From contig JBITAJ010000016.1 in the NCBI GenBank assembly GCA_044440125.1, forward strand, positions 1-64,000: a DNA stretch of 64,000 nt. The letters are read 5' to 3'. This stretch comes from Sedimentisphaeraceae bacterium JB056. GTDB taxonomy: Bacteria; Planctomycetota; Phycisphaerae; Sedimentisphaerales; Sedimentisphaeraceae. The notes beneath the pieces were generated by a model, which worked only from the letters and a program-made list of their open reading frames with translations, searched no databases and was not told the DNA's origin. The position numbers and the translations under genes are program-made. This document shows positions 49,787 through 58,080 of this stretch, one piece after another. Every line of letters starts with the position of its first letter. The first letter of the stretch is position 1.

Positions 49787-51049
49787 TTAAAATCGTTCTT
49801 TGAATGCCCAGAGGCCCATAGCCGGATTCGAGATATAGAATATCTCTTCACCATCGACTATATTGAATCCGTCCTTAAGTCTCTTGGGGTCATATTTTTG
49901 AGTCGCTTCATTCAGGTCTCTGTACTTGAAGTTGACAGACTCTATTTCATTACGTGTAAGCTTGCCGGGGCAATATGTTATAGTGAATCGACCCTCAGAT
50001 GAACCATGTATAAGATGAGCTGCAGCACTGAGATTGTTGCGAAGCTCTTCGTTTTCTTTTACAAGTTCCAGCACTTTCTCAGAACCAACGTAACCATATT
50101 TACGTATCAGACGGTCTATTTCTTTGTCCTCGCCGAATTCTTTAAGCCCCGGTGCGAGAACTATGAGTTCTCCATCATCAGCCATGGCCATTCGTGTTCT
50201 GTACACACTTTTGTTGCCAAGCCATGTGCTTTTGAACTCTTCGGGTTCAAGGTAAACCACTACCTTTTTCAACGGTTTATCAAGCATTTTGAAGTTTACT
50301 TTCAAAGACAAATCCGCTGCTTTCTGGTAGCACTGGATGTCGTCACTTATGAAAATACCTCGCGTCTTCTGACCTTCATCCGAAGCTGCTACAACAGTTT
50401 GGACGTATACTATGGGGAGATTCTGGGCAAAGTTATCGGAAGCGTAGTTCAATACCTGTCTGACAGGAGAATCTGCACGGCCCATAATTTTTTCCATACC
50501 ATAAGCCGCTCCGAGGAAGTGGCTTTTGTTTATGCCTTCTGAGCCACCTGTTCCGACGAAGATATTCTTGTTGTAGTTTGCCATGCCTATTACTTCGTGC
50601 GGTACAACCTGGCCTATCGAAAGTATCAGGTCAAAGCCGCCTTCAACAAGTAATCTGTTGACCTGTGCGGGCCAGTCAAAATCGACTTTGCCGCCGCTCA
50701 CTTCTTTCACGAATTCAGATGGAACAATGCCAAGTGTTGCAAGGTCGTTTCGCCAGTCATGAACTCTGAATAAGTCTTTAGGCACGCTGCCAAACATGCG
50801 TTTGATTTCATCGTCGGTCATAGCAAAATGAGTACCGAGTGCAGGCAGTATGTCTGTAAGTTTCTCGCCGTAATATTGCCATGCAAGCTCAGTAAGCTCA
50901 CCTGAGCGAGAATAAAATCGTGTGATATCTGGAGGTATTACAAGAACCTTCTTTACGTCTCCGATTTTATCAAGAGCCGTATAAAGGGCTTCTTTCAAAT
51001 CGGAAGATTTTAGGTCTTCGTTCTCTCCACCGCGGCTGTAGTATAGCAT
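49787..51049 (-). CDS. LarA-superfamily (nickel-pincer) hydroxy-acid epimerase, GntE-like
   Basis: PDITR, ALGTH, VPHEVIG...NK, NKSH and NKSVYR correspond to LarA catalytic and cofactor-binding motifs. Confidence 0.8.
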   Translation of the reverse strand: MLYYSRGGENEDLKSSDLKEALYTALDKIGDVKKVLVIPPDITRFYSRSGELTELAWQYYGEKLTDILPALGTHFAMTDDEIKRMFGSVPKDLFRVHDWRNDLATLGIVPSEFVKEVSGGKVDFDWPAQVNRLLVEGGFDLILSIGQVVPHEVIGMANYNKNIFVGTGGSEGINKSHFLGAAYGMEKIMGRADSPVRQVLNYASDNFAQNLPIVYVQTVVAASDEGQKTRGIFISDDIQCYQKAADLSLKVNFKMLDKPLKKVVVYLEPEEFKSTWLGNKSVYRTRMAMADDGELIVLAPGLKEFGEDKEIDRLIRKYGYVGSEKVLELVKENEELRNNLSAAAHLIHGSSEGRFTITYCPGKLTRNEIESVNFKYRDLNEATQKYDPKRLKDGFNIVDGEEIFYISNPAMGLWAFKERF

Positions 51050-51084
51050 TTTTAATTACCCATGTATATTATTGAGTTAAAGTT

Positions 51085-51987
51085 TTAGACCCATGAAGGG
51101 TTTTCCGGCAGCTGATCATGGAATTCCTTAATCAAAGAATCCTCATATTCTCCTGCATATTCGCCTGCGGTGAATTTGTCAAATGCTTCTTCGTAGAATC
51201 TCTTCCATGACAGTTCACCATTATGAGGGTTTATAGGGAAGAAAAGTATTCCGTTGTCTCTTGCTGCTTTTTCATCGCCGGGCGCATCGCCTATCATTAG
51301 GCATTTGTCTTTGTCGTATTTGCTGTCAATAGCTATCTTGAGATGCTCGCTTTTGGTTCCCATTTCCTGGCCTGCGATTACGCTGACATAGCCGTCGATG
51401 CTGTGTTCTGCCCATTCTCTTTCGAGTGCTTCACATGGTGTCTGTGAGCATACGATGACATCTGCTTTTCCCTGAAGTTTTTCAAGTGATTCACGGACGT
51501 ACTGAAACGGAGGAACGTTTTTGACTATCGCTCGTACTGTCTCGTTAACTTTCTTGCTCCACTCAAGGGCTCTTTGTAGTTCTGCTTTTTGCTCCTGAGA
51601 TGATGTGTTAGCTATCGCTTCCTCAAGACCTGCATCGCTGAGCTTGCTGGCTGGATTATTGACCCAGTCGCAATAGAATTTGAAAGGTGGAACCTTGAAT
51701 CCTCTTTCCTGAACTTTAGGATGCGAAGGTAGAAGTTCAGTCAGTATTCTTGCGATTGTCTTGTGTCTGTTAAGACCTCTTGTCTTTGAAAAAAGATCTG
51801 CAAAATCCTTACATTCACGCGCAATCTCTGCCACTGGCTGAAGGTCAAAGTATGCTATATACCATGGGCAAAAGCATTCTCTTTGCTTGATACCCATCGA
51901 ATCAAATACGCAGCCGTCAGAATCAATGCCGACAAAGAAGTCGTTTTTCTTCGGTAAATCTTTTAGCGGTTTTGCCGGATCACTCAT
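51085..51987 (-). CDS. HAD-superfamily hydrolase
   Basis: IDSDGCVFD motif I, CSQT, GTK and MIGDAPGD. Confidence 0.88.
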   Translation of the reverse strand: MSDPAKPLKDLPKKNDFFVGIDSDGCVFDSMGIKQRECFCPWYIAYFDLQPVAEIARECKDFADLFSKTRGLNRHKTIARILTELLPSHPKVQERGFKVPPFKFYCDWVNNPASKLSDAGLEEAIANTSSQEQKAELQRALEWSKKVNETVRAIVKNVPPFQYVRESLEKLQGKADVIVCSQTPCEALEREWAEHSIDGYVSVIAGQEMGTKSEHLKIAIDSKYDKDKCLMIGDAPGDEKAARDNGILFFPINPHNGELSWKRFYEEAFDKFTAGEYAGEYEDSLIKEFHDQLPENPSWV

Positions 51988-52032
51988 ATGTTTATACCTT
52001 TACTATTATAGAGTCTTGGATTAACGTTTGGA

Positions 52033-52851
52033 TTAAACACCGCCAAATGCGCTGTAACCACCGTCAACGGGAACAACAACACCGGTAACGAATTGAGCAG
52101 CTTCACTGATCAGCCAGATCAATGTGCCGTTAAGTTCCTCTGCATCTCCGAATCTGTCCATAGGTGTGTGGTCAACGATGCTTTGACCGCGAGCTGTATA
52201 TTCACCTGTTTTTTCATCAGTGACGAGGAAGCGGTTTTGGTTTGTTATAAAGAATCCGGGAGCAATTGCGTTTACGCGAATTTTCTTTGAGTAGTTTTGG
52301 CACATATGCGTAGCAAGCCACTGTGTGAAGTTGCTTATAGCGGCTTTGGCTGCTGAGTATGCCGGTATTCTTGTAAGCGGCTTAAAGGCATTCATGCTTG
52401 AGATATTTATGATTGTACCTTCGCCATTATCAGCCATGATTTTGCCAAAGACCTGTGTCGGAAGAAGTGAACCAAGGAAGTTGAGGTTGAATACAAATTG
52501 TATTGCTTCTGCCGGTATGTCAAATAAAGGCATATTGTCACCGGTTGTAGCTTTGGGATGGTTGCCGCCTGCACCATTGATAAGTACATCAACTGTGCCG
52601 TAAGCTTCCATTACAATGTTTTTTGCTTTTTCGATAGAGTCCTTTTCAAGAACGTTGCATTCTACTGCTATCGCATTGCCGCCGTCAGCTTTGATCTGAT
52701 CGGCAACAGCCTGTGCTGATTCCAGATTAAGGTCGAGAACGGCAACCTTGGCTCCATGTCCGCCGAGTGATTTTGCCATGCATCCGCAGAGAACTCCGCC
52801 TGCTCCTGTTATTACTACTACTTTGTCTTTGATGTCGAATAAATTTTTCAT
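52033..52851 (-). CDS. uxuB: SDR oxidoreductase, D-mannonate/fructuronate reductase-like
   Basis: TGAGGVLC, NGAGGNHP, PLTRIPAYSAAK and APGFFITNQNR, typical of SDR-type mannonate oxidoreductases. Confidence 0.8.
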   Translation of the reverse strand: MKNLFDIKDKVVVITGAGGVLCGCMAKSLGGHGAKVAVLDLNLESAQAVADQIKADGGNAIAVECNVLEKDSIEKAKNIVMEAYGTVDVLINGAGGNHPKATTGDNMPLFDIPAEAIQFVFNLNFLGSLLPTQVFGKIMADNGEGTIINISSMNAFKPLTRIPAYSAAKAAISNFTQWLATHMCQNYSKKIRVNAIAPGFFITNQNRFLVTDEKTGEYTARGQSIVDHTPMDRFGDAEELNGTLIWLISEAAQFVTGVVVPVDGGYSAFGGV

Positions 52852-52886
52852 TGTTTTCCTGTTTATTATCTGTAAGTGAAATCTAT

Positions 52887-54149
52887 TTATATTTTGTATT
52901 CGGGTAATATCTTTTTGATTGCTTTTCTATCAAATCTCATGAAAACCGGCAGGCCTTCGTTGTCAATTTGTACTGGAGCCTCGCCCTGCACAAGTGGTCT
53001 GAGATAGTCTTTGAATGCTTCGGTAACTCCGTTGCCTTCTTCATTGATATATTCAGCAGGCAAGAATTTTTCGCCATTTGCCACATCGCTCAGAGCAACC
53101 ACAGAAGTTGTGCATTTATATCCGTTGCTGTCATCTCTCTGCATTGTAACCATTTTACCGTTTTCGCCGGCCATCGCATATTCAACAGCTGCTTTGCCGC
53201 ACATGTAGGCTTCTTCAATGTCTGTAAGTGAAGCAAAGTGCATTGCACTTCTTTGGTTTGTGCCAAGCTTGTTGACTCTTGCTTTTACTCCGACTTCTGT
53301 TTCAACTATTTCTTTAAGTGCTTCTGCAACTCCGCCAAGCTGTGCGTGCCCGAAGCTGTCTTTACTGAACGCTCCGCCGTCTTCTGTGATATATTTGCCG
53401 TTCTCGCCTTTGAGTCCTTCACCTGCAACAATAAAAATGTGTCCGAAATCCGCAAGAGATTTTTTACAATCTGCAACGAACTTTTCTTTGCTGAATGCAA
53501 CTTCAGGCAGATAGATGAGGTGTGGGGCATCTTGAGGTGTTCTTCTGGCAAGTCCTGATGCGGCAGCAATCCAGCCGGCATTTCTGCCCATTACTTCAAG
53601 AATAGTGCATGTGTCGGTCGTGTAGAGAGCTTCGGTGTCTTTTCCTGCTTCCATTGCACATGTAGCTACATATTTGGCTACACTGCCATAGCCAGGGCAG
53701 TGGTCGGTGAAGGCAAGGTCGTTGTCGATTGTTTTGGGTACGCCCATGCAGGTCATTTCATAACCGGTTTCTGCGGCGAGTTTATTGACCTTGTCTGCAG
53801 TGTCCATAGAGTCGTTGCCGCCAATGTAGAAGAAGTAGCGGATATTGTGAGCTTTGAAAACTTCGATGATACGCTCATAGTCGGCTTTGGATTTACTCAT
53901 GTCCTTCAGTTTGTAGCGGCATGAGCCGATAGCCGCGGCCGGTGTACATTTTAGGGCTTCGATTGTGTCGGCTGATTCGGCCGTAATATCGAAAATATCT
54001 TCTTTGAGGATTCCAAGGATTCCGTTTGTTGCGCCGAAAACACGATCTATTTTATCTGATTTGATAGCGGATTGTATTACGCCGCATGCGCTCGAGTTGA
54101 TCACGGTGGTAGGACCACCGGATTGAGCAACTATAGCGTTAACTTTCAT
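52887..54149 (-). CDS. pfp: Pyrophosphate-dependent phosphofructokinase
   Basis: AQSGG, GGNDS (Asp at the donor-specificity position), PKTIDND and MGRNAGW motifs; start ATG 54149 with GGAG RBS. Confidence 0.85.
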   Translation of the reverse strand: MKVNAIVAQSGGPTTVINSSACGVIQSAIKSDKIDRVFGATNGILGILKEDIFDITAESADTIEALKCTPAAAIGSCRYKLKDMSKSKADYERIIEVFKAHNIRYFFYIGGNDSMDTADKVNKLAAETGYEMTCMGVPKTIDNDLAFTDHCPGYGSVAKYVATCAMEAGKDTEALYTTDTCTILEVMGRNAGWIAAASGLARRTPQDAPHLIYLPEVAFSKEKFVADCKKSLADFGHIFIVAGEGLKGENGKYITEDGGAFSKDSFGHAQLGGVAEALKEIVETEVGVKARVNKLGTNQRSAMHFASLTDIEEAYMCGKAAVEYAMAGENGKMVTMQRDDSNGYKCTTSVVALSDVANGEKFLPAEYINEEGNGVTEAFKDYLRPLVQGEAPVQIDNEGLPVFMRFDRKAIKKILPEYKI

Positions 54150-54162
54150 TATGTAAATCTCC

Positions 54163-54201
54163 AAAAAATAATTATATCGATACTTGATATAATTATTTTT
54201 T
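54163..54201. promoter_or_regulatory. Perfect 16-bp inverted repeat in the divergent pfp/ROK promoter region
   Basis: AAAAAATAATTATATC-7 nt-GATATAATTATTTTTT, immediately upstream of the pfp RBS. Confidence 0.55.
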
Positions 54202-54316
54202 ACCATATAATAACTTTAAGTCAAGCATTTTTGGCAAGTTTTTATGGTTTTCGTTGACTATTTTTTTATACTTTGCCATATTGTTCAAGTAATTGTTGGT
54301 GAATGGTGGATAAACA

Positions 54317-55498
54317 ATGAAGAAAGAACCGGCCGATTTTAAAGATATAGCACTGCAAAATGAAAAGTTGGTAATTGCTCTTCTTCGTCGTCATGGCGTA
54401 ATGAGTCAGACTCAGCTTCGTAAGCTCTCGGGTCTGAGTATGTCAACGAGCAGCTATATAATCGCCAGGCTTCGCAACAAAGGCTATATACTTGAGACCA
54501 AGGGTGAAAGCAAAAAGAGAGGCGCTAAGCCGGTAAATCTACAGATAGATCCTAATGGGTGCTTTGCTATCGGCATTGAAATCAAGACTGACAGTGTTTT
54601 GGCCGGTCTTTTTGATTTTAACGCCAATCTTATTGGAGAGATATCTGAACCTGCGACTGACACATCCCCTGATTCCATGGCAATTATTGTCAAGAAATGC
54701 GTAGAGTTTCTTGTTGAGGAATATCAGCAGGCTCAAGGGAAGATAGCGGGGGTTGGAATCGCTATAAGCGGTTCTATCCGTGATGATGGAGTGGTTGTTC
54801 TTTCCAGTCCTTTGGGGTGGAAAAATGTGGCTTTTAAGCATAAGTTGACTGAGATAATTGACTTGCCGGTAAATGTGTATACTACTGAAGTCAGGATGCT
54901 TGCTGAAATGGACATGGAGGCTCCCCAGACAAATATGATATATATAAATATCGGCAACGGTGTGGGCGGGCACGTAATACTTGATGGTAATTTGTGTCAT
55001 GGTGCCACAGGCAGGATAGGTGAAATTGGCCACGTTGTTGTGGATCCAGACGGAGATATCTGCGGATGCGGCAACAAAGGTTGCCTTGAGACGCTGATAA
55101 GCGGCAGGGCGATTGCAGCAAAGATAAAGAGCGATATGTCATCGGGGAATTATCCTGAGCTGCAAGGATTTGTCAAAAAGGACGATTTACCTGAGACAGT
55201 TGTAAGCAGGTGGGGCAGCAGGCTTGAGTCGGGCTGTAAATATTCAGAACAGCTTGCTTCAGAGATATCTGCATCTCTTTCCGATGTTGTATGCATGATG
55301 GTCAATATCTGTGATCCGGAGATCATAACTCTTGCAGGCTATGTCAGTGACAGTTGCTTTGGATATCTAAAAACATCTCTTCTTGAAGCATTCAAAACGA
55401 AAGTCTATAATTACTCAGAGAGAAAATTTGCGGTTGTAAAAGCAAAAGCAGGTATTCATGCCTTGATAAAAGGTGCAGCTATAAGCGTTCTTAAATAA
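54317..55498 (+). CDS. ROK-family transcriptional regulator (NagC/XylR-like)
   Basis: N-terminal HTH (SQTQLRKLSGLSMST...RGAKP); GNGVGG and GEIGH...CGCGNKGCLET motifs. Confidence 0.92.
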   Translation: MKKEPADFKDIALQNEKLVIALLRRHGVMSQTQLRKLSGLSMSTSSYIIARLRNKGYILETKGESKKRGAKPVNLQIDPNGCFAIGIEIKTDSVLAGLFDFNANLIGEISEPATDTSPDSMAIIVKKCVEFLVEEYQQAQGKIAGVGIAISGSIRDDGVVVLSSPLGWKNVAFKHKLTEIIDLPVNVYTTEVRMLAEMDMEAPQTNMIYINIGNGVGGHVILDGNLCHGATGRIGEIGHVVVDPDGDICGCGNKGCLETLISGRAIAAKIKSDMSSGNYPELQGFVKKDDLPETVVSRWGSRLESGCKYSEQLASEISASLSDVVCMMVNICDPEIITLAGYVSDSCFGYLKTSLLEAFKTKVYNYSERKFAVVKAKAGIHALIKGAAISVLK

Positions 55499-55626
55499 GT
55501 TTTTCCTTTTTCAATTCAGTCTTGCTTCAGAATATATCGGAAAATTTCTGTTTGACGTGTGAATCACAGAAAATAATAAGGTTGAAAAAGGCATCCTTAT
55601 CAATATAGTATAGATAGTATAAGTTT

Positions 55627-55753
55627 TTGTAAGCGTTCACACCGCTAATCAGAGTCTTGCTTTTGTATACTATGCTTGCTGTTTTCGCAGCACCCAAACG
55701 GTATCCAATGCGTAAAGCAACAGTATTTTCGGTAAACGCGTGAACGATTACAA
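55627..55753 (+). ncRNA. Candidate structured RNA of unknown class upstream of a HAD gene
   Basis: Closing stem TTGTAAGCGTTCAC/GTGAACGATTACAA (13 of 14 bp) with nested inner helices; TTGAAA-16-TATAGT promoter just upstream. Confidence 0.4.
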
Positions 55754-55794
55754 GTTTTTGTTATTTGTGATTATATATTGGATATGGAATATTT

Positions 55795-56502
55795 ATGATT
55801 AAAGCGGTTATATTTGATTTTGACGGCGTTATTGCCGACAGTGAAGAACTGCATTTTAGAGCTTTCAACCAGACTCTCGCCTCTTATGGAGTGCTTGTTG
55901 ACCAGAAGGTTTACTGGCAAAAGTACCTTGGTTTTACCGACAGGGAGGCTTATGAGCAAATGAGTATTGATCATGGGCTTAATTTTACTGACAGTAAAAT
56001 AGAATGGCTTATAGATGAAAAGGCTGTTGTATTCGATCAGCTTGTTCACAGTGATGGCGTCATTATTGACGGTGTTCTTGACTTTTTGAAGCATCTGAAA
56101 GACAGCAATATTCCTATGGCAATATGTTCTGGAGCAACGCTTTCAGATATAGAGAGTGTTTTTGAGTCTACAAAAAAACGCCTTGGCATCGATCTTGCAA
56201 AACATTTTGAAGTCATCGTCACGGCTGATGAGGTCAAGAACGGCAAACCTGATCCTGAAGGATATCTTATAACAGTTGAGAAGCTCAGGGAGATTCTTGG
56301 CGTGGAGCTCGAGGCTTCTGATTGTGTGGTTATAGAAGATTCTCACTGGGGAATAGAAGCCGCAAAAGCTGCTGAGATGAAGGTGATTGGTGTAACCAAT
56401 TCCTATCCTGCTGCTGAACTTGAGAATGCTGCTGATATCGTGGTTGATAATTTAAGAAGTCTCAGCATCAATGATATTGGCAAGAAATTGAGCTTAATTT
56501 GA
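55795..56502 (+). CDS. HAD-family phosphatase (beta-PGM/CbbY-like)
   Basis: FDFDGVIAD, CSG, GKPDPEGY and IEDS..G motifs. Confidence 0.9.
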   Translation: MIKAVIFDFDGVIADSEELHFRAFNQTLASYGVLVDQKVYWQKYLGFTDREAYEQMSIDHGLNFTDSKIEWLIDEKAVVFDQLVHSDGVIIDGVLDFLKHLKDSNIPMAICSGATLSDIESVFESTKKRLGIDLAKHFEVIVTADEVKNGKPDPEGYLITVEKLREILGVELEASDCVVIEDSHWGIEAAKAAEMKVIGVTNSYPAAELENAADIVVDNLRSLSINDIGKKLSLI

Positions 56503-56550
56503 TTTTTTTAACACAAAACCGCTGAAAAATACAAACATCTTGCTATGGGG

Positions 56551-56578
56551 TTGCAATTGTATTTGAAAGTGGTAGAAT
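56551..56578 (+). promoter_or_regulatory. Candidate promoter of the riboswitch leader
   Basis: TTGCAA-16 bp-TAGAAT with extended -10 (TGn). Confidence 0.6.
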
Positions 56579-56606
56579 TACTCTCGTTCTTTGAAAAAAA
56601 TAAATA

Positions 56607-56768
56607 GCTTTCGAATTTAAGGGAACACGGTTAAATTCCGTGACGGTCGCGCCGCTGTAAGCGTAATGGTAATTTGCCATAAGCCGGTCTTGTTTGTCCA
56701 CTGTCTCAATGAGAGATGGGAAGGAAAGATGACGGCATTACGTAAGTCAGAAAACCTTATTTGAAAGC
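56607..56768 (+). promoter_or_regulatory. Cobalamin (B12) riboswitch aptamer
   Basis: AAGGGAA-CACGGTTAAATTCCGTG-AC...CCGCTGTAA, CCACTG...GGGAAGG and B12 box AAGTCAGAAAACC; closing pairing GCTTTCGAAT/ATTTGAAAGC. Confidence 0.92.
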
Positions 56769-56860
56769 AGCCTATCAATGGTTCTCGCGGTATAGATCCA
56801 GGCAGCGAAATATTTTGTTATAAACGCAGAAAATGCGTAAAGACTATAACAAGGAAACGT

Positions 56861-56896
56861 AGCCTCTGTTCTCTCGCGGGATCAGAGGCTTTTTTT
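56861..56896 (+). terminator. Riboswitch-associated intrinsic terminator
   Basis: AGCCTCTGTTCT-CTCGCG-GGATCAGAGGCT followed by a T-run. Confidence 0.85.
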
Positions 56897-57058
56897 GTAT
56901 ATCCTCCAAATGATTAATGTCGTTTGGTTTGATATAAATACCATTTTACGTTACGTTTCTTTGTTGTAGTCTGTCGGTTGAGACGAGAGTTTTGGCCGGC
57001 AGTTCTACTAAAAAGAGACGTTGGTTTTAAGTATTATCTCTTTAAGGTAAAATTGAAA

Positions 57059-58051
57059 ATGAAAATTAATGCAGTGTGCTCAGTTGCCGCTTTACTTTTT
57101 TGCTCTGTTGCTTTCTGCGGCATGTATGCTGATGGAACCGACGATCCGAATTCCATTGACGCCGGTGTGCGGGGTTTTATAGATCAGCAGCTGAATCCTG
57201 TATTTGCAGGCTGGGCATCAAAAGTAATAGATTACAGCCCTTCAGATGATACAACTTTTTATGGAATAGACGGGATTGGAGTCCTTAATAATTATGAATT
57301 TTCAAATCCAACCAATGCTCTTGGAGAGGTTACAGGTAGTAATGTTGATATTGTTTCTCTTGGTGACCTTAATTGGGAACCGGGGGTTACGTATGATTCT
57401 AATGATTTACCAGGTACTATAACACTTGGATTCGATTCATCAATATCTGATGGTCCGGGGCCTGATTTTGCGGTTTTTGAGAATAGTTTTGGTTCCAACG
57501 GATTAATTTCAGCGGAACTTGCATTTGTTGAAGTTTCAACAAATTGCGTGAACTTTGTCCGTTTTCCTAATTATTATTACGCGGCAACCGAATCTGTAGG
57601 TATTTTGGGGTCTATTGATGTAACTAAAGTTTATAACTTGGCAGGAAAACATATAAACGCTTATTCCGGTTCCTACGGTACACCTTTTGATCTTTATGAG
57701 CTTTCCGATCATCAGATGGTAACTGAAGGTCTGGTGGATTTGTCTGATATTAATTATGTTCGAATAGTGGACATTGCGGGTAATGGCTATTTTGAAGATA
57801 GTTTTGGTCATTTGATATATGACATGTGGGAAACACAAGGTTCTGGTGGCTTTGACCTTGAGGCAGTTGGTGTTATCAATACCATATATGGAGACGCCGA
57901 TTCCGATGGAAGTGTTGGTATGAGTGATTTTATCCGTTTGAGTTCAAATTGGGGACGGGCAGGTGGCTGGCCTCAGGGTGATTTCGATCTTGACGGTGTT
58001 GTAAATGAGAACGATTTGATTTTATTGGCCTCTGGTTGGCTGGTAAACTAA
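57059..58051 (+). CDS. Secreted cell-surface protein, BtuH-like domain plus C-terminal dockerin/EF-hand-like repeats
   Basis: Signal peptide from ATG 57059; DFAVFENSF, ELAFVEVS, PFDL, YVRIVD and GFDLEAV motifs; GDADSDGSVGMSDF and GDFDLDGVVNENDL repeats. Confidence 0.7.
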   Translation: MKINAVCSVAALLFCSVAFCGMYADGTDDPNSIDAGVRGFIDQQLNPVFAGWASKVIDYSPSDDTTFYGIDGIGVLNNYEFSNPTNALGEVTGSNVDIVSLGDLNWEPGVTYDSNDLPGTITLGFDSSISDGPGPDFAVFENSFGSNGLISAELAFVEVSTNCVNFVRFPNYYYAATESVGILGSIDVTKVYNLAGKHINAYSGSYGTPFDLYELSDHQMVTEGLVDLSDINYVRIVDIAGNGYFEDSFGHLIYDMWETQGSGGFDLEAVGVINTIYGDADSDGSVGMSDFIRLSSNWGRAGGWPQGDFDLDGVVNENDLILLASGWLVN

Positions 58052-58080
58052 GCTTTATTATTCAATAATTTCATTAATTC

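Noticed and set aside
56978..57058. N-terminal extensions in the ORF track (here and at 58905, 54206, 45394, 44280, 59887)
   Set aside because: Downstream starts fit RBS positions, signal peptides or family N-termini better; some extensions run through RNA hairpins or neighbouring genes
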